This document shows, piece after piece, positions 38,202-45,927 of a DNA stretch of 64,000 bases. Positions within the stretch are counted from its first letter, which is position 1; every line of letters begins with the position of its first letter. The stretch lies in the NCBI GenBank assembly GCA_035537875.1, contig DATLLJ010000035.1, forward strand, positions 29,358-93,357, given 5' to 3'. A model generated the notes under the pieces. That model searched no databases, was not told where the DNA came from, and saw only the letters and a list, made by a program, of their open reading frames with translations. Made by a program: the position numbers and the translations under genes. Source of the stretch: Vicinamibacterales bacterium (GTDB lineage: Bacteria; Acidobacteriota; Vicinamibacteria; Vicinamibacterales; CAVVIG01).

Positions 38202-39670
38202 CCAACCACCTCGCCGACGCCCTGAACAGTCGGCGATTCTGTTACGTCGTCGAGCTCGTGGCATCGGCCCTCAAGCGCGAGGCGCAGGTCCTGGAGATCG
38301 GCGCCAGGCTGGCGACCGTGCCGGAAATCGTCGCGGGCAGCGTGACCAGTTATGCCGGCGGACGCTTCGGACAGGATCCCGTCCGCGTAGCCACCGCCGT
38401 GCGAGCGCGCGGGTTGACGCCCAACGTCCACCTGACCTGCGTCTACAGCGACCGAACGAGCATCCACAAAACGCTCAAGGCCCTCAACGCCCTCGAGCTC
38501 TACAACGTGTTCGCCCTGACGGGTGACTACCCGAAGCAGGATCAAACCAAACCGATCTTCGACCTTGATTCCGTGCAGTTGATTGAGTTGATCGCGCGGC
38601 TCCGCGAGGATCAGGGTATCCCGTTTCATATTTCCGTGGCGGTATCGCCATTCAAGTACGCACGCGAAGACTGCCTGTACCAGTATCTGAAGCTCGAAAA
38701 GAAAGTCGCGGCTGGCGCGAACGTCGCCATCACGCAGGTCGGGTGGGACGCCCGGAAGTTCGCCGAGTTGAAGCGTTACCTGGACGACCGCGGAATGGAC
38801 GTGCCTCTGCTGGGCAACGTCTACGTGCTGGGGAAGCGCGCCGCCGAGAAGATGGCCGGCGGGTCGCCGCCGGGATGCTGGACTTCCCCGGAACTCGTCG
38901 AGCGGATTCGCAGGGAAGCCGAGGCACCGGACGGCGGGCTGGAAGCGCGGCTCGAGCGTGCCGCGCAGGCCGTGGCGGTGCTGAAGGGACTTGGCTATGC
39001 GGGCGCGTACATAGGGGGGACACACGACGCCGACCAGCTGACGCGGATCATCGCCCGTGCGCGGGAGCTGGAAACGCGCTGGGAGGAGTGCGCCGCCGAA
39101 CTCCACTTCGGACGGGCAGATGGTTTCTACGTCTACGATTCCCCGAAGCCGAGAAGCCGACGGCTGCCAATGGTGGCACGAGTGCTCGACGTCACCGGCC
39201 AGCTGGCGCCGGTTACCCGGGACACGTGGCTTCGTCGGCTGCTCGAGTCGTTGTCGGCGTGGGTCGACCGACGGCCGCTCCTCGCCAGGTGGACCGAACG
39301 CTTCGAGTACGCCATCAAACGGCCCGTCTTCGGATGCCAGGCCTGCGGGAACTGCGTGCTGGGCCACATGGAATACGTGTGCCCGCAAACCTGTCCCAAG
39401 CAGATGCGCAACGGGCCCTGCGGCGGCACGCTGCACACACGCTGCGAAGTGATCGATCAGGAGTGCATCTGGGTGTCGGTGTATCAGCGGGCCGAAGCCG
39501 CCGAGCGCGTGCCCGAGTTGAAGACGTTCATTCCGGCGCCCGATCGCGCTCTGCAGGGGACGAGCTCGTGGATCAACTATTTCCTGGGCCGGGACCGCCG
39601 TCCGGCCGGGGATGCGGCCAAGGCGCGCCGGCCGCCGGTGCAGGAAACCCTGCCGGCGCGCCGATCGTGA
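38198..39670 (+). CDS. metF: Methylenetetrahydrofolate reductase (MetF) fused to a Cys-rich MetV-type (MTHFR_C) domain
   Basis: GTG 38198 overlaps the upstream TGA (GTGA). MetF-like TIM-barrel part (VELV..NVHLTC..ALTGDYPK). C-terminal FGCQACGNCVLGHMEYVCPQTCPKQMRNGPCGG. Confidence 0.8.
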   Translation: MTNHLADALNSRRFCYVVELVASALKREAQVLEIGARLATVPEIVAGSVTSYAGGRFGQDPVRVATAVRARGLTPNVHLTCVYSDRTSIHKTLKALNALELYNVFALTGDYPKQDQTKPIFDLDSVQLIELIARLREDQGIPFHISVAVSPFKYAREDCLYQYLKLEKKVAAGANVAITQVGWDARKFAELKRYLDDRGMDVPLLGNVYVLGKRAAEKMAGGSPPGCWTSPELVERIRREAEAPDGGLEARLERAAQAVAVLKGLGYAGAYIGGTHDADQLTRIIARARELETRWEECAAELHFGRADGFYVYDSPKPRSRRLPMVARVLDVTGQLAPVTRDTWLRRLLESLSAWVDRRPLLARWTERFEYAIKRPVFGCQACGNCVLGHMEYVCPQTCPKQMRNGPCGGTLHTRCEVIDQECIWVSVYQRAEAAERVPELKTFIPAPDRALQGTSSWINYFLGRDRRPAGDAAKARRPPVQETLPARRS

Positions 39671-39737
39671 CGCGGCTGCCACGGGAAAGTGTTACGCTCT
39701 TGGCCTTTCTCGCGACACCCAGAGGAGGTTACCAGCC

Positions 39738-41132
39738 GTGAGCCACAAGAATCTGGACGAGGTCATCCAAGCTGCCGGCAATCCGGTGCAGATGCTGCGG
39801 AATTCTCAATTGGGCCCCTATGTGTATCCGGTGGTGCCGTCGGAGTTTTCGAACTGGAGAGACGAGCAGCGGGCATGGAAGGAGACCTGCGTGCTGTTCA
39901 ACCAGTCGTACCACATGGCAGACATGTGGATTGAGGGCCCTGACGCGATCAAACTGCTGTCGGCCACCGGTATCAACAGCTTCGAGAACTTCCCGGTCAA
40001 CAAGGCCAAGCAGTTCGTCGGGTGCAACTACGATGGCTTCGTGATCGGTGACGCAATCCTTTTTCATCTGGACAAGAACTCACTGGTGCTGGTCGGCCGC
40101 CCTTCCATTCACAACTGGGTGCAGTACCACGCCGAGACTGGCGGGTACAAGGTGTCCCTGTCACGCGACGAACGATCGATCGCTCGAGACGTCCCGATCG
40201 TCCGGCGGCTCTACCGCTATCAGATCCAGGGCCCGAACGCCTCCCAGGTGCTGAACAAGCTGAACGGGGGGCCGATGCCCGAGATCAAATTCTTCAACCT
40301 GGGAGAAATCACCATCGCGGGACGCAAGGTCCGCGCGCTGCGTCACGGCATGGCGGGCGCCCCAGGGCTCGAAATCTGGGGACCCCACGAGGAACGCGAG
40401 GAGATTCGCGCGGCGATCGTCGAAGCTGGCGAATCGTTCGGACTGCGACAGGTCGGCGCGAGGGCATACGCGACCAACACGCTCGAATCGGGGTGGATTC
40501 CGTCGCCGATGCCGGCGGTGTACTCCGGCGAGAAGATGAAAGCCTACCGCCAGTGGCTGCCTGCGAAGGGCTACGAAGCCACGGCGTCCCTTGGCGGCAG
40601 CTTCTACTCGAACAACATCGAGGACTACTACCTCACCCCCTGGGACCTCGGCTACGGCTTCATGGTCAAGTTCGACCACGACTTTACCGGACGCGAGGCG
40701 CTCGAGAACGTTGCGAAGAACCCACGTCGCAAGAAGGTCACGCTCGCCTGGAACGCCGAGGATGTCACGCGCGCCATCGGATCGATGTTCCAGAAGGGCG
40801 ACGTCGTCAAGTTCATCGATCTCCCGCTGACGAATTACGCGTCGTTGTCGTACGACAAGGTCCTGAAGGGCGGGAAGATGATCGGGGTCTCCACGTTCAG
40901 CAGCTACAGCTACAACGAGCGGTCGATGCTCTCCCTGGCGATCCTGGATACCGAGTACAGCGAGGTCGGCACCGAAGTGACGTTCGTGTGGGGCGAAGAA
41001 GGCGGCGGGTCGTCGAAGCCAACGGTCGAACGCCACCGGCAAATCGAAATCCGTGCGACAGTGGGTCCCATCCCCTATGCTCAGCAGGCACGGGAAACGT
41101 ACGCCGAAGGGTGGCGCACCGTCCAGAAGTGA
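39738..41132 (+). CDS. GcvT-family tetrahydrofolate-dependent aryl O-demethylase (LigM/DesA-like)
   Basis: AGAGGAGG RBS 9 nt before GTG 39738. 464 aa. YVYPVVPSEFSNWRDEQRAW, RHGMAGAPGLEIWGP, ESGWIPSP, KAYRQWLP and KKVTLAW match my recollection of the LigM family. Not checked by alignment. Confidence 0.75.
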   Translation: MSHKNLDEVIQAAGNPVQMLRNSQLGPYVYPVVPSEFSNWRDEQRAWKETCVLFNQSYHMADMWIEGPDAIKLLSATGINSFENFPVNKAKQFVGCNYDGFVIGDAILFHLDKNSLVLVGRPSIHNWVQYHAETGGYKVSLSRDERSIARDVPIVRRLYRYQIQGPNASQVLNKLNGGPMPEIKFFNLGEITIAGRKVRALRHGMAGAPGLEIWGPHEEREEIRAAIVEAGESFGLRQVGARAYATNTLESGWIPSPMPAVYSGEKMKAYRQWLPAKGYEATASLGGSFYSNNIEDYYLTPWDLGYGFMVKFDHDFTGREALENVAKNPRRKKVTLAWNAEDVTRAIGSMFQKGDVVKFIDLPLTNYASLSYDKVLKGGKMIGVSTFSSYSYNERSMLSLAILDTEYSEVGTEVTFVWGEEGGGSSKPTVERHRQIEIRATVGPIPYAQQARETYAEGWRTVQK

Positions 41133-41162
41133 AACGGGCGGACCCTTGTGGTTCGTGGGGTC

Positions 41163-43343
41163 TCAAAAGCGGTGGCGGTAGGAGGCCTTGAAGAACAGAC
41201 CCCGGCTGACCGTCAGGTAGTCACCTCCCTCGGGGAGGAGGCGCTCGGCCTCGAAAACGCGCTTTTCGTACAGGGAACCGTAGCCGCCGTGAAGCACGGT
41301 TCCCGGTACGAACTCGTACGAAGCGAGGAAGTCGGTCAACAGCCGATTGTTCGAGCTGTCGTACTGTTCGATGAGCCGCACGAGGAAGTGACGGTCGAAC
41401 TGGTACGTCGCTTTGAGGTTCACGATGTGGACCGTGAAGACGCGCGTTCCATCTGACACGCGGTTGAACCGGACCGTGTCGTAATCGATACCCTGATTGA
41501 AGTGCTCATCGGGCTGCAGCGTCACGTTGAACGAGGGGCTGGTCGAACTCCCTTGAAACGGGTTCACCGGATCGTAGAAGATTTCGAGTCCCTTGTTGAA
41601 ACCGCCGCCGATCCTCAGCCAGCGGAGAATTTGTGCCTGGCCGTAGAAATTGATGCCGCGTCCCGTCTCGAATGACTGGCCGGCCCAGGGCTCGACCCCG
41701 CGGGCGTGCGAGATGTTCACGAAGCCTTGCCGCGTGAAGTTGAATCGGATGCCAGCGTTCAGAAACCATTCGTCCCCGTTCTGGATCCGATCGACACCTC
41801 GTTTGGTGAAATAGAAGGGGCTGATGCGCTTCAGCCAGAACTCCTGACCTTCTCGAGGGTAGAAATTCACTTCGCCGTACGACCACCCCGCCGTGAAGCC
41901 TGTCCGGTTGAAAAACGCGGTGTCCATCCGGAAGGCCTCGTCGTAGTGCTCGATCTGGTTCGACCAGGAAAACCTGCGGTTGTTGAAACGGTACGTCGCC
42001 TGGGATGCTGTGCCGCGGGCGCTGCCCGAGGCGAGGCCGGTGTCCGATGACAGAAACGTCGCCGACAGTGAATGAGCGGCCGAGAGCCTGAGCGAAAGGT
42101 CGCCGCCAATCACCCGGTTGTGGCGTCCCACGTGCTCGGTGTCCGTGAAGATCGCACCGACGTAATTCGACTGGCCCAGCGAATAGCTGAGGCGGCCGAG
42201 TGAAAAGAACTTGTTCTGCGGCGCGACCGAATCGCCCAACGCAGCACTCGCCTGCGGGCTTTCATCCGAGGCGTTCAGCAACCCAAAAGCGGCTTTGCCG
42301 ATCGTGCCGGTGAGCTTGCTGCCCCAGAACGGGTCGATGATCCGGCGCGTGTGCACGGCCGTCCGCATGTTCCCGTCTCCACCCGTGCCGGCCACGTCGA
42401 ACAGGCCCATACCCTCCATGAAGAACGGTCGCTTCTCCGAGTAGAAGATCGGGAAGCGCTGGTTCACGTCGACCTGAAAGGCGTCGCTCTCGACCTGGCT
42501 GAAATCGGGGTTGAGCGTCCCGTCGAACGTCACATTCGACGTGATCCCGTATTTGCCGCTCAGACCGATGTCGGCGTCGCTCGAGGCGGCCTCCCACCGA
42601 TCGCGCGAAGCACGCAGCTGGCTGATTCCGTATGTCGCGCTGGGCAGCAGTTCGATCAGCGGCGGCTGCGTCAGATTGCTGAACAGGAGATGACCCGGTC
42701 TGTCGAACACCCACTGCCCGGGCGCCATTTCGGGCCACGACGCCGACACGCCCGTGCGGCTGACGCGCCGAAAGAACAGGATCCCCATGCTCACTTGGTC
42801 ACCGCCCGAAAAACGGATGGTCTGCAACGGCAGCCGGATCTCGACGACATAGCCGTCTTCGGTGACGGCGCCGGCGCTGTCCCAGAGCAAATCTGCTTCG
42901 AAGCGCTCACCCGAGGCGGTGTTCAAGGCATCCATCTGAATGCCGCTTGGATTCACGAACAGGTGATAGGCGGTCTGTCCGGTCCCCGTCGAATCGAGAC
43001 TCAAAGCGACCCAATCGTCGTTGAAGACGTTGTCGCGGCGACTGATGGTCGTGCGGATTCTGGAAGCCTCCGTGTCGAAACAATGGAAGGCGAAATAGAT
43101 GAACCGGCTGTCGTACACGATCCGAACGTCCGTCTTGAAGGCCATCGGCTCGCCGCGCAGCGGGTTGTAGGAGATCCACCGGTCGAGGTCGAGCGGCGCG
43201 TCGTTCCACGCCTCGTCGGTCAGCTGCCCGTCGATGAGTGGCGGCGTGCTGACGCGCGCCACGTGGAAGTCCGCTTGAGCGTCAGCCGAGGCGGGCACCG
43301 CCAGCGCCGATAGAACAACGGCGACCCAGGTGCAACCTCTCAT
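41163..43343 (-). CDS. CBM9-like + DUF5916-type barrel protein, paralog 4 (divergent)
   Basis: ATG 43343: MRGCTWVAVVLSALAVPASADAQ. PPLIDGQLTDEAWNDAP, NPDFSQVESD..RFPIFYSEKRPFFMEG. C-terminal ..ASYRHRF (OMP-like terminal Phe). Confidence 0.8.
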   Translation of the reverse strand: MRGCTWVAVVLSALAVPASADAQADFHVARVSTPPLIDGQLTDEAWNDAPLDLDRWISYNPLRGEPMAFKTDVRIVYDSRFIYFAFHCFDTEASRIRTTISRRDNVFNDDWVALSLDSTGTGQTAYHLFVNPSGIQMDALNTASGERFEADLLWDSAGAVTEDGYVVEIRLPLQTIRFSGGDQVSMGILFFRRVSRTGVSASWPEMAPGQWVFDRPGHLLFSNLTQPPLIELLPSATYGISQLRASRDRWEAASSDADIGLSGKYGITSNVTFDGTLNPDFSQVESDAFQVDVNQRFPIFYSEKRPFFMEGMGLFDVAGTGGDGNMRTAVHTRRIIDPFWGSKLTGTIGKAAFGLLNASDESPQASAALGDSVAPQNKFFSLGRLSYSLGQSNYVGAIFTDTEHVGRHNRVIGGDLSLRLSAAHSLSATFLSSDTGLASGSARGTASQATYRFNNRRFSWSNQIEHYDEAFRMDTAFFNRTGFTAGWSYGEVNFYPREGQEFWLKRISPFYFTKRGVDRIQNGDEWFLNAGIRFNFTRQGFVNISHARGVEPWAGQSFETGRGINFYGQAQILRWLRIGGGFNKGLEIFYDPVNPFQGSSTSPSFNVTLQPDEHFNQGIDYDTVRFNRVSDGTRVFTVHIVNLKATYQFDRHFLVRLIEQYDSSNNRLLTDFLASYEFVPGTVLHGGYGSLYEKRVFEAERLLPEGGDYLTVSRGLFFKASYRHRF

Positions 43344-43483
43344 CGATGCATCCCGACACCTGCTGGGTGACCCGCTGGCTCGCGACAGACCGCCGTTCTG
43401 CCGCCCACCGGGCAAGTTTTCTGAAGGCTTAGACGAGCGAGGGGTGTAACCGGTTCGGTCCGCCGGCGAGGGCCCTACACCTC

Positions 43484-44191
43484 CTACTTGCCGCAGCTCT
43501 CGATCTCGTCGAACAGGCGGGGCGAGAGTCCAATCTCCGGGGCGCGCAGACGATGCTCCTGGCCCTTCTCGATTGCAAAGGCGATTCGAAAGCCCTGGGC
43601 TCGTAAGCTGTCGGCCTGCTTCTGCATCGCCGACAGCCAACCGGTGTCGCGATCGCCCACGTGCATGTAGACGCAGAGCGATTTCAGAGCCGCGGCGGGT
43701 TGTCCCTCCAGCAGGCCCGGATAACCGGTGACGGTCGTGAAGTAGCTGGGGAACTTCGCGGCGACGTGGAACGCGCTGATGCCGCCGTTCGAGTGGCCGG
43801 CGACATGGAGCTTGCCGCCTCGCGCCTTGTAGTCGCGGAGAATCTGGTCGAGAAACTCGGGGAAGATCCGGTCCGCATCTTCGAAGAACAGGCTGCCGTT
43901 CGGGGTGCCCGGACTGATCACGACGTAGCCGCGGCGCTCGGCTTCCTCCCGCCAGTCGGTGTTCAACGTGCTCTCGGCCCCCCGCAGCTGCTGCGCTCCA
44001 CCGGTGAACACGAGAATGACAGGATACGACCGCGCGGGCTCGTACCCCGTCGGCAGCACCACCTTGTAGGTCACCTGCAGGCCACCGAACTTGCCGGTCC
44101 GTTCGACGAGTTCAGCCGAGGCCGGCGACGCAAGGCCGCAGAGTACAACGAGGATCAGCAGGCACGTGGCACCTAGCGGTGAAGGCATCAT
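43484..44191 (-). CDS. Secreted alpha/beta-hydrolase (esterase / dienelactone-hydrolase-like)
   Basis: Signal peptide. Nucleophile elbow GHSNGG. Confidence 0.8.
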   Translation of the reverse strand: MMPSPLGATCLLILVVLCGLASPASAELVERTGKFGGLQVTYKVVLPTGYEPARSYPVILVFTGGAQQLRGAESTLNTDWREEAERRGYVVISPGTPNGSLFFEDADRIFPEFLDQILRDYKARGGKLHVAGHSNGGISAFHVAAKFPSYFTTVTGYPGLLEGQPAAALKSLCVYMHVGDRDTGWLSAMQKQADSLRAQGFRIAFAIEKGQEHRLRAPEIGLSPRLFDEIESCGK

Positions 44192-44201
44192 GAACCTCGC
44201 T

Positions 44202-44891
44202 CTACTTGAACTCGATCACGATCGATCGCCGCGGGATGGGGCTGGCTCCGACATCGGCGTGAACCCGGCCCTTCGTCTGGAACCGCACCTGCCCCACCTC
44301 GAAACGGCGTTCCTCGCTGGCGCCGTCGAGACCGACGTCCCGGATGGCGCCGGGAGCGATCGTGACGCTCATCAGATCGTACGGATGGGTGTGCATCTCC
44401 GTGCGACGGTTGTTCTCGAGCGTCACGTCCCAGAGAATCACGCGGTCGTTCTCGAGAATCTTCTTCGCGCCTTCTCTCGGATAAGCCGGCGGATAGCTCG
44501 ATGGGGCTGGCGCGCCACCAGGCGCGACCGGCTTCAGCTCCGTCACGATCGCACGGCGCGGCGGATCGGTCAGGCCCACCTCGAAGTGAGTGCGCCCTTT
44601 GGGAGTGAACCGGACGTCGCCCGTTTTGAACATGCGCTCTTCGGTGACACCGTCCGCCCCGTTGTCCTGATGGCCGCCCGGTGTGAGCGTGACGCTCACG
44701 ATGTCATAGGGGTGCGTGTGCATCGCTGCGCGCTGCCCCTTCTGCAACTGGACGTCCCAGACGATGACCCGCTCGTTCTCGAGAAGTTTTGTCGCACCTT
44801 CGCGAGGGAACGCCGGCGGCGGCTGCCCCGCCGTCGATCCGGCTGCCATCACGACCGCCAGCGCGACGAACAGTGACCGGCTCCGGCGCAT
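44202..44891 (-). CDS. Secreted duplicated cupin-like protein
   Basis: Signal peptide. Two repeats: PREGA.K.LEN.RVI.WDV.L......MHTHPYD..SVT..PG. Confidence 0.6.
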   Translation of the reverse strand: MRRSRSLFVALAVVMAAGSTAGQPPPAFPREGATKLLENERVIVWDVQLQKGQRAAMHTHPYDIVSVTLTPGGHQDNGADGVTEERMFKTGDVRFTPKGRTHFEVGLTDPPRRAIVTELKPVAPGGAPAPSSYPPAYPREGAKKILENDRVILWDVTLENNRRTEMHTHPYDLMSVTIAPGAIRDVGLDGASEERRFEVGQVRFQTKGRVHADVGASPIPRRSIVIEFK

Positions 44892-44956
44892 ACGCCACGA
44901 GAATCGTGCGCTTTGCAGCCGTTGTCAACAGATGTTTCCGGCGGACGTCCGACGCG

Positions 44957-45130
44957 TCAGAGCTCGCTTTCGTCCTCGCTGATCGGGCGGTTTTCTTCCT
45001 CGTCTTTCTTGCCATCGTCTTCGTCGTCGTCCAAGTCCTCGAACTCCTCTGCCGTCACCGGAAAGCTGTCGGTCTCCTCCTCGGCGTCGTCAAGGACTTC
45101 GGACGTCAGGTCGTCGTCGTGCTCGTCCAT
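44957..45130 (-). CDS. Extremely acidic 57-aa protein (not in the ORF track, below the length cut-off)
   Basis: GGAGG lies 4 nt before ATG 45130. MDEHDDDLTSEVLDDAEEETDSFPVTAEEFEDLDDDEDDGKKDEEENRPISEDESEL. GC-rich third positions. Confidence 0.4.
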   Translation of the reverse strand: MDEHDDDLTSEVLDDAEEETDSFPVTAEEFEDLDDDEDDGKKDEEENRPISEDESEL

Positions 45131-45224
45131 GAACCCTCCGTCTCGCGTAACACGCGGCCACAGGATGCCGGGCTACTGCACCGGTGGGCGGCCCGATCAC
45201 TCGTCGGGCGTCCCGAGCAGCCAC

Positions 45225-45803
45225 TCATCGGTCGCGCGAACCAGGAGCACGACCGGGTACGCGCAGCGGTCGCAGCGTGTGCCGCGCGGAAGCAGTGCCT
45301 CGAAGCCACTCCCTGATCGTACCGGCGCATGGAGGAAGCGGATCGCAGGCCAGCAGATACAGCACCAAGGTCGTTAAAACGATGAGGGCGTAACCAAGCA
45401 GCACAACCTGGAGATGCAGGTTGGCATACACCATGACCGCTGGATAGCCGAGCATCAACGACAGCGTCAGAAAAGAAATGCGAAGAAGCGCGTCCCGGAT
45501 GCGCCGCGGGTTTCTGAAGCCCTTCGAGACCCGCCTGTACGCGTCGGTCTCGTACGTTTCGATCGGAACCTTGAACACCGTCTGGGCCAGCAGGTACAGG
45601 ACGCCGCCGCAGAACAGCCAGACGAACAATCGTGGACCGACGTCGCTGCTCCATGAATACACCACGGCCCAGACGAAATAGACCACGATGCTGAGATTGG
45701 TGAGCTGGCCGGCCAGCCACACATTCGTTCTGCCTGTCAGCATCTGAAACCTGCGACAGACTCCCTCGATGAGGTTCAACAGGAATGAATCGATATAGGT
45801 CAT
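45225..45803 (-). CDS. Hypothetical integral membrane protein (about 4 TM)
   Basis: ATG 45803 is preferred because the upstream ATGs fall inside the palindrome. Hydrophobic segments LSIVVYFVWAVVY, LFVWLFCGGVLYLLA, FLTLSLMLGYPAVMVY and VVLLGYALIVLTTLVLYLLA. Confidence 0.5.
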   Translation of the reverse strand: MTYIDSFLLNLIEGVCRRFQMLTGRTNVWLAGQLTNLSIVVYFVWAVVYSWSSDVGPRLFVWLFCGGVLYLLAQTVFKVPIETYETDAYRRVSKGFRNPRRIRDALLRISFLTLSLMLGYPAVMVYANLHLQVVLLGYALIVLTTLVLYLLACDPLPPCAGTIREWLRGTASARHTLRPLRVPGRAPGSRDR

Positions 45804-45824
45804 CGTCCCAAGCGCGGCACGGTT

Positions 45825-45877
45825 CATGTGTGATTGAACCTCAGCCACGCGCCGAGGTTCAATCACACATGTATAAT
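45825..45877. promoter_or_regulatory. 18-bp perfect inverted repeat (11-nt spacer) abutting a consensus TATAAT
   Basis: catgtgtgattgaacctc (45825-45842), N11, gaggttcaatcacacatg (45854-45871), then tataat (45872-45877). It sits between divergent genes, 50 nt upstream of ATG 45928. Confidence 0.45.
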
Positions 45878-45927
45878 CCGTACGCTACACACTTCCCGTT
45901 CCGAATCCAACACATCTGGAGGCACGT

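Noticed and set aside
38015-39682. 555-aa minus-strand ORF
   Set aside because: Antisense to the MetF-MetV gene. Arg-rich, low-complexity translation with no recognisable domain. The plus-strand frame has clear MetF and MTHFR_C motifs.
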